Source: a virus. Taken from it: a DNA stretch of 64,000 nt. Below the pieces are notes generated by a model that was not told the DNA's origin, ran no database searches, and saw only the letters and a program-made list of their open reading frames with translations. The translations under genes were made by a program, and so were the position numbers. The DNA lies in IMG/VR virus record IMGVR_UViG_3300033144_005525, positions 95,402-159,401 of that record. One strand, written 5' to 3'. This document shows positions 35,858 through 46,136 of this stretch, one piece after another. Position 1 is the stretch's first letter, and each line of letters begins with the position of its first letter.

Positions 35858-37840
35858 CTACAGTAGCTGCTTCTGCTGAAGACCGCGGAGACCTTGGATG
35901 ACCTCTTCCAGGTTCTTCATCGAACGCTCGATAGCTCCCTCATCGACCTGAGACATACCCATGCGAGCAGCCATGAGCATCTCAGCCAACCTCTGGACAG
36001 TCTCATCCATCTGTGGGAGGTAGCTGGCGAAGATGGCGATGTTCTCCGGGTTGAGGAAGTTCATCGCCAAGATGCGATCTGCTGTCTCTGAGTCCTCGAG
36101 TGCAGCTGCTTCCTTGACGAGATCTCGACGAAGGTCGTAGGGGAACTTCCCAAGCAGGACGGAAGCCTCCTTGATGGCCTCCTGGTGCACATGCTCGAGC
36201 GGTGTGATGGTGAGGAGACCCTCAGCGGTCGTCCTACCCTGTCTCTGAGCCTCTGCCAGCTTCTCACGGGCTTGGAACTGGTTGAGACCTGCAGTCACCA
36301 GCAGGAACTCTGCAGCCTGTTTGTCCAGCCACTGGACTTGAGCCAGCTTGCTGAACGGAAGACCGCTGAGGTGGAACTCATCCTTCCCGGTCGAGCGAAT
36401 CCAACCGGTGGTAGAGAATGCTCGAGCTTCCTTGACCTGCTCGGCGGCAGAGGGCGTCTTGACGACATGAACAGCCTCACCCAGAGGAGTGAACTTCATC
36501 GTGTCGGGGATCGCGTACGTGCCTTCACCAGTAGCTTCGATGGTGTTCAGTCCTTGGGTGACCATCAGAGTGATGTCGTTGCCGAAGGCATCCTGAACAA
36601 TGAACCCAGGATTCCCCTGCTCGTCCTGAGTCTGGTTCTGCACGGTCACAGGAGGCAAAGCACAGACACTGCCGTCCGGCTTGATGTAGAAGAAGGCCCC
36701 ATCCCCTTGAGGAGGGGCCTCAGGGATACTGGCGGCGTCGTCGCCCACCCTAACCCCTACAATCTCATCCTGCAGGCTGTAGCTGCTCTCTCCGTCCGTG
36801 AACAGGAACAGAGGGAGCTTGTCCATGTCGAAGTCCATGACCGGAATGACCCAACCGGTCTTGTCTTCTCCAGTCTCCTCGATCTGCACCTGATACTGAC
36901 CGAAGTCTCCGACGATGGCAGGGGTCGGGTCATCGAGAGAAGGCTTAGCCTCCTCAGTCCCCACCGTCATGGAGTCTCCGGGCTGCATCTGCTGGACAGA
37001 ATCCGTGCCCGCCATCTGCTGGGCTTCTTGTGGATTCGCAGAGGCTTCTTGCGGGGAGAATGCACCCGCATTGGCCCACTTGATCTTGAAGTTGCCGTCT
37101 GCCTGCTTGATGAACTGAACCACCGTGGGCTGGATGGATTGGACCAGAACGCCAGCCGTCTTCTGAACGGAGGTTCGAGGCGTCGACGTCACGATGTGGG
37201 CCATCTTGTGGAAGTTTGGATTGACCTGTACTGCCACAAGAAGTTGCTGGTCCTTGGCGATCTTCTCCACCAGAGCAACTGCATCCTCATCAGAGATGGT
37301 GGGTGCGATTGCCTCCATCAGACTGGCGAACTTGCCAAATCCGGCTCCTCCGGCCGCGGCCCCAGTTGTCACGCCAGATCCGTACCCGTAGTTGGTTCGG
37401 ATTGGTGGGTGTAGCTGGTCGACCATGCCCTGATCGACAGGCTTGCGGGTTGATGGCTCGAAGGTTCGACCGTCGAAGAGAGCCTCACTGACACGCTGCT
37501 CACTCATCGGGAAGGCCTTGTCTTCGAACAGGAAGATGTCGGCCGGCGCCATGAGGCGGTCCTTCACGATGATGGGAATGATGACCTTCGGGCCTTCAGC
37601 AGAGGGCTGATCTGTAGGTGTGGTCACCTCGGCACTACCAAAGGCATACCCACGCTCTGGATTCACTCTCTGGAAGATCACGTTCACCGTGTAGTTGGAG
37701 AGAAACGGCAGGAACTTGTAGATCTCTGAACTGACCTCTTTCTGCCAGTTGTCTACGTTGTCCGACAGTTTGATGGGCATAGCCATCTTCTCGAAGGAGA
37801 TATCGGTAGCTTGCTGATCGAGAAACAGTGGAGTTGTCAT
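35858..37840 (-). CDS. Large acidic virion-module protein with about 12 K-x-A motifs
   Basis: 660 aa; EKMA, GKFA, EKIA, QKTA, VKEA, SKLA, EKLA, IKEA and others. Confidence 0.7.
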   Translation of the reverse strand: MTTPLFLDQQATDISFEKMAMPIKLSDNVDNWQKEVSSEIYKFLPFLSNYTVNVIFQRVNPERGYAFGSAEVTTPTDQPSAEGPKVIIPIIVKDRLMAPADIFLFEDKAFPMSEQRVSEALFDGRTFEPSTRKPVDQGMVDQLHPPIRTNYGYGSGVTTGAAAGGAGFGKFASLMEAIAPTISDEDAVALVEKIAKDQQLLVAVQVNPNFHKMAHIVTSTPRTSVQKTAGVLVQSIQPTVVQFIKQADGNFKIKWANAGAFSPQEASANPQEAQQMAGTDSVQQMQPGDSMTVGTEEAKPSLDDPTPAIVGDFGQYQVQIEETGEDKTGWVIPVMDFDMDKLPLFLFTDGESSYSLQDEIVGVRVGDDAASIPEAPPQGDGAFFYIKPDGSVCALPPVTVQNQTQDEQGNPGFIVQDAFGNDITLMVTQGLNTIEATGEGTYAIPDTMKFTPLGEAVHVVKTPSAAEQVKEARAFSTTGWIRSTGKDEFHLSGLPFSKLAQVQWLDKQAAEFLLVTAGLNQFQAREKLAEAQRQGRTTAEGLLTITPLEHVHQEAIKEASVLLGKFPYDLRRDLVKEAAALEDSETADRILAMNFLNPENIAIFASYLPQMDETVQRLAEMLMAARMGMSQVDEGAIERSMKNLEEVIQGLRGLQQKQLL

Positions 37841-38946
37841 GATCTAACCTTCGGACTTACGTGTTTGAATGGAGGAACGATAGGCCCTCTCAATACTGGA
37901 ACGGGCGGACTCGGTGGCCCTATCAATAACCCTGTGACTGCGCCTATCCAGGCCATGAAATCTGGGGAAGCTCGTATGACTGGGAACTCTGCATCTCCCA
38001 ATCCTACGCTCAGTCCGTTCAAAGCTGCGCCACCGGAACCAAGAGCAAGAGTAGCCCCGCCTCCAGATAAGGCCATGGAGGCTGCCGACGCCGTGAGAGC
38101 TACTGTCGAGGTGATATCGATGGCTCCTGTCACGATGAGCTTGAACAGGCCTTTGACGGTGGCCTGCATATCTCCTTCGACAGTGAGCGTGAACTTCTTG
38201 ACGGTCCATGTGAGTTCTCCGTCTTTGTTGATCTCGAGGGATGTCTGAGTAGTTCCCCCACCAGAATCACGGCTTAGCAGGCTCAGAATAGTGTCATTGC
38301 CCTCTCCGTGGGAACCCATTTTGAGAATAGCGATGGGGTCCTCAATCGGATCATCTGCAAATTCACGGGCTCCCAGAGTGAACAAGCACATTTGGTGCCC
38401 TTCTCCATCCTCTTCCGTTCGGGCAACCTCCCAGGTGAGGTCTCCGGCCGGAGTGTGGAGCTCGTAGTTCTCACAGTGGTCTTGGATGATGTTCCTGATA
38501 GGTAAGTAGATGCGTTGGCAAACAGGAGTGGCTCCCACCTGGATGATCCCACCACGACGCAGGTGGACGAAGTTCCCATCCCTGGTAGAGAAATGAAGAT
38601 CTCCAGGATTCAGCAACTCACGGCCACCCCTAAACGCACCACCTTCATCCACCATGCTCCAACCCAGAACGAAGGCATCCTTGCCTTCTTCTGAGGGAGT
38701 ACATATCCAGCAGGTGGATCCCACTTCGGGCATAAAGTTGATCCCCTCTCCCTGCGTTTGGTTGCAGTAGGGAGACATGAAAGGGATGTCGAACTTGTTT
38801 TTGTACGTGAGGATGGTAGTCACGTCACACGTGTAGTCCCGAATGTTGACGGTCGTGATTCGGCCACTCTCTATCAGGGCACCTTTTACCTGAGCGGCCG
38901 ACTTGGCCATGCTCTCACATCGTTCTGGTTCTACATTCGCAGGCAT
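37837..38946 (-). CDS. Baseplate spike or hub protein (gp5/GpV-like)
   Basis: N-terminal OB-fold pattern (GRITTVN...MPEVGSTCWI) and a repetitive beta-strand C-terminus. Confidence 0.65.
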   Translation of the reverse strand: MPANVEPERCESMAKSAAQVKGALIESGRITTVNIRDYTCDVTTILTYKNKFDIPFMSPYCNQTQGEGINFMPEVGSTCWICTPSEEGKDAFVLGWSMVDEGGAFRGGRELLNPGDLHFSTRDGNFVHLRRGGIIQVGATPVCQRIYLPIRNIIQDHCENYELHTPAGDLTWEVARTEEDGEGHQMCLFTLGAREFADDPIEDPIAILKMGSHGEGNDTILSLLSRDSGGGTTQTSLEINKDGELTWTVKKFTLTVEGDMQATVKGLFKLIVTGAIDITSTVALTASAASMALSGGGATLALGSGGAALNGLSVGLGDAEFPVIRASPDFMAWIGAVTGLLIGPPSPPVPVLRGPIVPPFKHVSPKVRS

Positions 38947-38949
38947 GGG

Positions 38950-41900
38950 CTAGTACAGATGCGTCTTCTTGGGGGTTCCCTCCCCGAACTCCGCTCCGTA
39001 GGCATAAGCCGGGATTGGGTTGTTTCCGTGTAGGTTGGTTTTCCAACCCTTGGATGCACCCTCCATGAGGGTTTCCTTCAGCTTACGGAAATTGAGTCTG
39101 GCCATCCAATCCTCTTGCTGATCAAGAGCTCCCTGAGACAACCCCTTGATGACCGGTCTGTGTGTCACTGGGGCGCTACGGCTTCCTGCTTTTTTGTTCT
39201 CTTCTTCGATGACAGAACGAAGAACTATATCCCCACTGAAATAATCTGAGTCTCCCGGATCCTTCACCTGAGTTAGATTGGTCAAAGAACGAACGACCAT
39301 TTCTATGTTTCGTCGCTTGACCCGCTCATCTTTGTAGATCCCATCGTACAGCTCCTTGGTGAGGTAGTTCTGCACTGTTGGGATATCGGTGAGGGGAAGA
39401 AGCTCTCTTGGGTTGATTGGACCGTCCGTAAGGGGGGAACCCTTCTTCATGCTGGATCCAACCTGAAGAGGTTTTCCATCCCTCAACAGTTTCCTCTGCG
39501 ATGGAGCGTAGTGTTTCTCTCCTCCGATGTAGACGTTCCAGCCCTGCGTGTCCTTGTCTCGTTCGATCTTCTGGACCTTCCCACCCACTCTTGAAAGCGT
39601 TGCGGATCCAGGTAGCTTCTTTGGGGGATTCAAGAGCTGCTTCAGGCGACCGATTCTACTGACCGCACCCGCACCTCTGGAGCCTGCGACTCCTCCTGTG
39701 TGGAAGCTGTCCATTGCTAGCTGCATGGCAGGTTCACCTAGAGCGTGACCTGCGATGACACCGATGTTGGTACCCACACTGTGGTCTTCACCATTCTCAT
39801 TCAGACCAAAGCACTTGGAGCATATACCCCTACCGTGAGAGCACTTGAGTGGGCTACGTACAACAACCTTCCCAACTCCATTCTTCTTCAACTGAGACAG
39901 AAGATGAGGAGTAACCAAAGAGCCCTCTTCGTGCAGCCTTCCTCCCGCTTTAACCTTCTTGGCCAGATACCTACCGTGGACATCCTCTTCGTGGATTCCC
40001 ATGGAGATACCATCACCCACCTTGCAATCCTTGGACACAATCATCTCTGGGATGACTGTGTTGACGATCTCCTTGGTCAACATACCGGGCTCAGACGTTC
40101 CTTCTGCCCTTTGCAGAGTACCCATCCGAGCTCCGTGTAGGGCTGTCCAATAATCTCCGACATCCAATCCCTCGGAGTAAGACTTCCTCACAGGGGTCGG
40201 GAGAGTCCTTCCGGTGGCATCCTGCATGAGCATGGGCGCAATGTTCATCTGTCGGAACTGGGACCAGTTACCTCGAGTACCCGAGTCCACCATAGTGAAA
40301 ATGTTATTCCCACTGGCCTCTATCCGGGGCTTGAGCTTCTTCTTCATATCGTCGGTGGCTTTGGTGTAGTTAGCCACCAGCTTTATGTCCTTGTCCTCTT
40401 GACTGAGCTTCCCTGCCATTATTTTGGCAGCAACTACATCTGCCTTGGCCAAAATCTCTTCTCGGACAGCTTTGTCTTCACCCAGACCGAGATCGGAGAG
40501 ACCTATGGAGAATCCGAACTCGTAGCTATGTTGGTTCCCTAGGTTCTTCAGACGGTCAACTGTATTGGCGTAGTTGCGTGGATCATCTCTGGCAATTTCC
40601 GAGAGGATGTCATGAACACCGACCTTGTTCTTGTCTTTCGAGTCGGAGAACTTGTTGAGGACGAACCTTGGGTTGTGTAGGAGATCTTTGTTGTCTCGGA
40701 ATCTCTTAGGGAGCTGATGAGCCAACATCAGGCGACCTACAGTGGTCTTCTTCCCATTTACTGTAACCACGTCCTGCGCAGTGACGATCCCTCTGTCACA
40801 AGCCTTCTTCGCATCAGCGTAGGTAGAGAACTTCTTCCCTACGTCTTTGCCCCACTTGGACAGGAGGTGGATACCCAACAGAGACTCTTGCTCTGGGGCA
40901 TACATGACTCCCCCATTGGTAGAGCTGAACAGGTTGTTTGAGGGGAACATCTTACGAGACTCTCGAACTGCCTTATCCGTTAATGGGACAAAGGCGCTCA
41001 TCGTGTCTCCGTCGAAGTCTGCGTTGTAACCTGCAGTGACCAGAGGATGGATCCGAATAGCCTTTCCATCCACCAACTGCGGCTTGAACGCCATGAAGTT
41101 GAACTTGTGTAGGGCAGGATCCCTCTTCAGAAGAACAGGGCGGTCCTCTATGATCTTTTCGAGAGCTGCCCAAGCCACAGCTGTCTCTTCCTTGATGTCC
41201 TTATGAGCTTGTAGTGGGCTGCGTCCTGTTCTCTTGAGCTCTCGAATGACGAATGGCTTGTACAGCTCCATAGCTGCACTGCGAGGTATACCGACACGGT
41301 CCAGGTGCATCTCCGGCTCAGGGATGATGGTGGAGCGCATCGACAGCTCTTGCCGTCTCTTCATCAACTTGCGTTGGAAGAACCCCTGCTTCGGAGAAGG
41401 ACCCGCTACCGTATCCAGGATCCCTTTCAGTTGTCTGTTAGATTCGTACTGAGGTACTCCACCAGTACCCATTGTGGCTTTTAGTAGATCGTACAGCTCC
41501 TCTCGTAGAGGCTGATCTGCTTCCGGTAGGTCAAGGATCTTGTCCTTCAACTTGTTGTTGACGATCCCAAGATCCTTGTACAGGTGGTTGATGTCATCGA
41601 AGCGCAACGATCCATCAGGCATAGGAACGATTGGACGAAATACCGGAGGAATCACCGGTACATTGTTCATCACGTAGGCTTCGCTGGGAGACAGCTTCAG
41701 TTCCTTCAAGGCCCGGAGGTACTTGGCCTTCCTGTTGGCGTGGTTGAGCTTGGCCTTCCTGAGGTTGGGGAGCTCGGCCACTGTCTTCTTGAGCTCGGCA
41801 TCTACATCGACTTGATCGAGAAGGTGTCGGATGGCTTCCCCTCCGATCTTCCCATCGATGTCCTTCTTACCCTTCACGATGTCTTCGAACTCTGGGTACT

Positions 41901-44900
41901 TCAACCCACTCAACACCACGGCGGGTCCAGGTTTCTGCGGTGTGCCTACGAACACAGGGTTTGGCATCGGCTCTGCCAGAGCTATGTGAGACCAGTTGAG
42001 TCCTTTGCCAGGTTCGTTAGGACTAGGTAGACCTCCAGTGATCTCTGGATCAAATAATCCCTTCTCGAGCTCCTTGGCATCCTTTCCACGAAGCACACGA
42101 CCAGCATCTTTGATCTCTCCATTCGAGAGATTCAAGACCCCTTTGTCTGTGAGAGGGACAAGCTGCAGCTCATTTCCCTCCTTCTTAGTGTCGATGCCTA
42201 ACCCCTTCAGATAAGCCTCAAACTTCTTGTAGGCAAAAGTAGGGCGTGGCGCAGGAATTGGCTGCCCCATCTGCACACGATGCCAGAAGTCTACGTGCGC
42301 TTGCGGATTCATGTTGTCGTCTACCTGACGATCCGCCTTGTACGTGGCCATCTCCTTTAGGTTCTCACGAGCTCCATGAGCCAACAGACTGTAGAACTCC
42401 AACTGTCCGATTCCCTGCCCCGGATGCTCTGCCCCCGTACCCTTAGGAGCACCGTCGATGGAGTAGTTGGGTCCATGACTTCGGACAGTCAACTTCTTAT
42501 CCACCTGATGCTTGAGTTTCATAATGTACTGGTCCCCCGTCAGTACATTTCCAATCCTCTTCTTGGTCTCTGGATCAAACAGCTCTTCTTGATCCGATAG
42601 CCCATGATTAGCCAAATCCTTCTTCACACCCTCGGTGTAGTCGATGTTGGCCCCACCAAAGTTGTTCACCAAGTAAGGACGACCTGTCTTCTTGGCTATT
42701 TTGCTGGAGGCTGTCTCCAACATTTGACCCAAGTTGATGCGACTGGGCACACCAGACGGATTCATCAGCACTTCTACATGCTCTCCGTCAGGACTCCCCT
42801 TACGTGGCATCTCTGCGTTGGGAATTATCTTGGTGATAATGGCCTTGTTTCCGTGGCGACCAACAATCTTGTCACCCACCTCGGCAGGCTCTTCTGTGCG
42901 GATGTGAACTACAGCACCCTTCCCATTCGGGATCTTATGTACCTTGACCACCTCACCAGGATTCTGAGACTCCCACTTGGAGCTTCTATCGGCGTACTCG
43001 AACAGCTTCCTGTCCAGTCTAGAGGCCATACGAGAGACAACGCCGAGGTTCTCCCTCTTCCCGACGGCAGCCACCAAGATGTCCCCAGTGTCCACTTTCT
43101 GCCCTACACGAATGACCCCATCGTCATCCAGTTTATCCAACTGCTCTCGAGTCATTTGCTTCGAAGTAGTGGAAGCGTATGCCTGGAACTTCTTCTTGTT
43201 CATGAAGTCTTTGGAAGGGTCAATCTCCACACTCTTCCGATAGACATGCTCTGAAGTAAGTTTGTCGGCAGCTGAATCAGAAATGACGATGCCGTCCTCG
43301 AAGTTGTAACCCTTGTAAGGCAGGTAACTAACCCGCAGGTTTGTTCCCAGCGCTAGTCCACCATCCCTGGTGAAGTTCGTGTCGGCCAGGACCTGCCCTT
43401 TCTTTACCTCAGCACCGACCTCTACTACGGGCTCTGAGTTCATGAAGGACTTTGCGTCATTCAGAGGGAAGTGATTGTAGAGCTGTACCTCGTGCTTCTT
43501 TCTATCCTTCCCCTTGATGATAATCGAGTCCGGATACTCGTTGTCGGTCTGATCAGAACGGATCTTCAAGACCTTTCCGTCAACAGGAGAGGAGTGAGAG
43601 AACGGACCACCAATGATCTTTTCCCAGCTATCCTTTCCTCCACGTACCTGGACAAGTGGAAGCTCTCTATCCCTCAGACCCACTGCCTGGTTGGCTTGGC
43701 GAGAGGCCGTCATCGTCCTGTTGCCCTGGTTGTTCTGAAGGAACGGAATCAGGTTGGTGGCTTCATCGAACAACTGATGAGGAGATACAAACAAGTAGCG
43801 AGCCTTCTTGAAAGGCTGCTTGATGATGTCCCCTGTCTTGGGGTCCTTCATCTTCACTGTGGGGGATATAGGCTTGGGGCCTTTTCCATCCTCCCATGTG
43901 ACTTGATCAGGAAGTAGGACGTACTCCGAATGGAGCTCCGCTGGAGTGACTCCGTTCCTACCCTTCCTGAATTTCTTTTCCTTCAGGTCGTAGACCAGTG
44001 CCTTGACGTCTTCCCCATCCTTGACGACACCCATAGGCAAGTTGAGGCTGATGCCTGTTCTCTTGCTCTCCGGTGTGTGGATAGGATCCAAGAAGCCCAT
44101 ATGGCTGGGGTTGATGAGTTTCATAGAGCGGGACAAAGTCCTCTCGCTCTTGATCCCTCCCTCTTCTCCCCCAAGGATGGTAGTAGCTCGATGGTTGGAG
44201 AGCATCTCCAGAGGATTGACCTGCTCCGGATTCTCTGACAGAGAGGATCTGGTGAACACTTGATCGACGTGCCTACCGAACAGGTCTCCCGATACGACTT
44301 CTCGTACCTTGTCCTTCCTGTTGATGTTGTTACTGATCTTCCTCTTGATCTCCCTCTGAGTAACGGCTTTGCCGATCCTCTCCAACAGGAAGTCGTCTAC
44401 ACTGGTGAGCTTTTTGAACACCAGAGAGTCTCGATCATCTGGTGGAGCTTCACCTCGAGCAACTTCAAGAACTCTCCTGGACGCTTGCAGCAGTGCATCA
44501 CCAGTCACCGTCTTGTAGGGCTTACCAAGAGTACGTTGGGTAGTCTCTGGCAGTAGCTCGGTGTTACCGAACTCTTCTACTACAGCACTGGCGATATCGT
44601 CGTACGTGTCACCCTTGGCCTTCACACCTCTTTGGCTGATTTTGCTGTAGAGCTGCTTGATGTTTCCTTCCGTCTTGTCTGTGACATTGGCCTTGTAGAT
44701 GTCTGGTCCCCAGACCTTCTTCATCTCTTCGTCCTGGACACCCAAGGTCTTCAAGATGGAGTAGAGAGGTATGTTCTGGGTCCCCCATCTCATCTTGAAC
44801 GCTTTGGTCTTGGGGCTGAATGGGACCTTCAGCCTGGACTCTCGAGCGAAGGGCTTGGACAGTGCGAACTCTGTCTCTAGATCTCCATTCGCCTTGATCT

Positions 44901-45264
44901 GAGAGTACACACCAGGACGGAGTCTCCAGAGGTTCCCTACTTGCCTTTCATTGCCTCCGACGATGTAGCTGTATCGGTCGGTCGGTCTCGGTAAGGTAAA
45001 CAGTTTTACCTTAGAGCGATCGACAACCTTGCTGGTCTTCTTATCTACGAGGCTGATATCCCCATACACACCAGCTCCCCAAGTTCTATTGGACAGCTTG
45101 GCCTTTTCTTGGCTTCGAATGTCACCGGATTCAGCAGATCGCTGATCTACGATAACCTCGTTTAGAACCAGTTTGCGGGTCTGTCCATCGACCGGAAAGC
45201 TAGCCTTGACAGACTTGACCGCGCTGCGCTGTAAATCTTTCCAAGTATCGGCTGGTGTTGTCAC
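38950..45264 (-). CDS. rpoBC: Single-chain DNA-directed RNA polymerase, fused beta and beta' subunits
   Basis: Beta motifs GYNFEDG, GDKIVGRHGNK, NPSGVPSRINLGQ and KLKHQVDKK are followed in the same frame by beta' motifs LLKRDPALH, catalytic NADFDGD (41005-41025), bridge helix HGARMG and trigger loop GEPAMQL...FHTGG. Confidence 0.95.
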   Translation of the reverse strand: MTTPADTWKDLQRSAVKSVKASFPVDGQTRKLVLNEVIVDQRSAESGDIRSQEKAKLSNRTWGAGVYGDISLVDKKTSKVVDRSKVKLFTLPRPTDRYSYIVGGNERQVGNLWRLRPGVYSQIKANGDLETEFALSKPFARESRLKVPFSPKTKAFKMRWGTQNIPLYSILKTLGVQDEEMKKVWGPDIYKANVTDKTEGNIKQLYSKISQRGVKAKGDTYDDIASAVVEEFGNTELLPETTQRTLGKPYKTVTGDALLQASRRVLEVARGEAPPDDRDSLVFKKLTSVDDFLLERIGKAVTQREIKRKISNNINRKDKVREVVSGDLFGRHVDQVFTRSSLSENPEQVNPLEMLSNHRATTILGGEEGGIKSERTLSRSMKLINPSHMGFLDPIHTPESKRTGISLNLPMGVVKDGEDVKALVYDLKEKKFRKGRNGVTPAELHSEYVLLPDQVTWEDGKGPKPISPTVKMKDPKTGDIIKQPFKKARYLFVSPHQLFDEATNLIPFLQNNQGNRTMTASRQANQAVGLRDRELPLVQVRGGKDSWEKIIGGPFSHSSPVDGKVLKIRSDQTDNEYPDSIIIKGKDRKKHEVQLYNHFPLNDAKSFMNSEPVVEVGAEVKKGQVLADTNFTRDGGLALGTNLRVSYLPYKGYNFEDGIVISDSAADKLTSEHVYRKSVEIDPSKDFMNKKKFQAYASTTSKQMTREQLDKLDDDGVIRVGQKVDTGDILVAAVGKRENLGVVSRMASRLDRKLFEYADRSSKWESQNPGEVVKVHKIPNGKGAVVHIRTEEPAEVGDKIVGRHGNKAIITKIIPNAEMPRKGSPDGEHVEVLMNPSGVPSRINLGQMLETASSKIAKKTGRPYLVNNFGGANIDYTEGVKKDLANHGLSDQEELFDPETKKRIGNVLTGDQYIMKLKHQVDKKLTVRSHGPNYSIDGAPKGTGAEHPGQGIGQLEFYSLLAHGARENLKEMATYKADRQVDDNMNPQAHVDFWHRVQMGQPIPAPRPTFAYKKFEAYLKGLGIDTKKEGNELQLVPLTDKGVLNLSNGEIKDAGRVLRGKDAKELEKGLFDPEITGGLPSPNEPGKGLNWSHIALAEPMPNPVFVGTPQKPGPAVVLSGLKYPEFEDIVKGKKDIDGKIGGEAIRHLLDQVDVDAELKKTVAELPNLRKAKLNHANRKAKYLRALKELKLSPSEAYVMNNVPVIPPVFRPIVPMPDGSLRFDDINHLYKDLGIVNNKLKDKILDLPEADQPLREELYDLLKATMGTGGVPQYESNRQLKGILDTVAGPSPKQGFFQRKLMKRRQELSMRSTIIPEPEMHLDRVGIPRSAAMELYKPFVIRELKRTGRSPLQAHKDIKEETAVAWAALEKIIEDRPVLLKRDPALHKFNFMAFKPQLVDGKAIRIHPLVTAGYNADFDGDTMSAFVPLTDKAVRESRKMFPSNNLFSSTNGGVMYAPEQESLLGIHLLSKWGKDVGKKFSTYADAKKACDRGIVTAQDVVTVNGKKTTVGRLMLAHQLPKRFRDNKDLLHNPRFVLNKFSDSKDKNKVGVHDILSEIARDDPRNYANTVDRLKNLGNQHSYEFGFSIGLSDLGLGEDKAVREEILAKADVVAAKIMAGKLSQEDKDIKLVANYTKATDDMKKKLKPRIEASGNNIFTMVDSGTRGNWSQFRQMNIAPMLMQDATGRTLPTPVRKSYSEGLDVGDYWTALHGARMGTLQRAEGTSEPGMLTKEIVNTVIPEMIVSKDCKVGDGISMGIHEEDVHGRYLAKKVKAGGRLHEEGSLVTPHLLSQLKKNGVGKVVVRSPLKCSHGRGICSKCFGLNENGEDHSVGTNIGVIAGHALGEPAMQLAMDSFHTGGVAGSRGAGAVSRIGRLKQLLNPPKKLPGSATLSRVGGKVQKIERDKDTQGWNVYIGGEKHYAPSQRKLLRDGKPLQVGSSMKKGSPLTDGPINPRELLPLTDIPTVQNYLTKELYDGIYKDERVKRRNIEMVVRSLTNLTQVKDPGDSDYFSGDIVLRSVIEEENKKAGSRSAPVTHRPVIKGLSQGALDQQEDWMARLNFRKLKETLMEGASKGWKTNLHGNNPIPAYAYGAEFGEGTPKKTHLY

Positions 45265-45388
45265 CTGTGCGCTCCCTCGGGAATTCAGGCCTACGTATGT
45301 TCGTTCGGATCCTATGCACCTGCGCTCAGAGCAGTCCTCGGACCTTAGAACTTCAAATTAGGTTACGCCAAACAAAACTCTGCGTCCA

Positions 45389-45410
45389 GAGGGCATAAGA
45401 GTGTTGATGG
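45389..45410 (+). promoter_or_regulatory. Candidate phage promoter motif GGCATAAG
   Basis: gagggcataagagtgttgatgg upstream of the small plus-strand gene cluster. Confidence 0.45.
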
Positions 45411-45435
45411 GGCACCTCTGCCCGCTTCTGGGTAT

Positions 45436-45630
45436 GTGACCCAGGGAAAAACCATGAGCCCCAACAGCAAGAATTTAGGAGAAAACCATGAAACAGACCA
45501 ACACACGGGACCCGACCGCGACTACCAAACCCAGTACGAGGACAACAAGACTGAGGCTCTCCTATTCCGCACAGACCAGCAGGTAGGAGAAGGCCAGTAC
45601 GGAGGCTACAGCTACAACCCAGGGAAGTAG
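45436..45630 (+). CDS. Small hypothetical protein (frame uncertain)
   Basis: 64-aa ORF; an alternative 32-aa ORF from ATG 45488 has the better RBS. Confidence 0.35.
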   Translation: MTQGKTMSPNSKNLGENHETDQHTGPDRDYQTQYEDNKTEALLFRTDQQVGEGQYGGYSYNPGK

Positions 45631-45641
45631 GGTATAGGCCC

Positions 45642-45740
45642 GTGAGCCTATTCCTGATCGCCGTAGCATTCGCTTTCGTGACCAGGTCTATTCTGATAAT
45701 CGAGTATCATTGGCGGCAGTACTTGCATGGCGGGTGGTGA
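45642..45740 (+). CDS. Possible 32-aa hydrophobic peptide (MSLFLIAVAFAFVTRSILIIEYHWRQYLHGGW)
   Basis: Fills the gap between neighbouring ORFs and has a TM-like segment. Confidence 0.4.
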   Translation: MSLFLIAVAFAFVTRSILIIEYHWRQYLHGGW

Positions 45741-46125
45741 AGTAGGGGCGTTCTGTCCGATTCTGTGGGAAGCAAACCATGGCAGGACAAACAAGGACGG
45801 AACGCCTCTGTTCGAGTCGGGGCTGTTGATTCAGGGTGTCTGCGAGAGTCCTCAAGATTGCGATCGATGCGGACTACTGCAGAACGCCAGGACTCAGATG
45901 TACGGACAAAACGTGACTACCTTGTGGGTCTGTCCGGACTGTTCTGGTGAGTCCATGAAGAGAGCCAAAGCCGACGACGTAGCTGCCAGCCTCCCAGGCT
46001 ATTTCACCGAGGGGTACTGCCAACACCCGCAGTGCGCCAGACCAAACGGTGATCAGTCTGACCAAGAGGCCAGATACTCAATACTCCTGCAGCTACTGAC
46101 TGTTGCAGGAGCCACAATCCCATAG
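45727..46125 (+). CDS. Cys-rich putative Zn-binding protein
   Basis: CESPQDCDRC, CPDC and CQHPQC motifs. Confidence 0.65.
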   Translation: MAGGEVGAFCPILWEANHGRTNKDGTPLFESGLLIQGVCESPQDCDRCGLLQNARTQMYGQNVTTLWVCPDCSGESMKRAKADDVAASLPGYFTEGYCQHPQCARPNGDQSDQEARYSILLQLLTVAGATIP

Positions 46126-46136
46126 GAGGCCATCAA

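Noticed and set aside
36185-37414. 409-aa plus-strand ORF and other long antisense ORFs (3973..4938, 6280..7128, 50084..50830, 61912..62667)
   Set aside because: These are shadow frames of GC3-biased genes on the opposite strand and show no recognisable motifs.
38950-45264. Cellular rpoBC locus, implying a bacterial chromosome
   Set aside because: There are no ribosomal-protein neighbours, the motifs are divergent, the zinc-binding domain is missing and the context is entirely phage genes.
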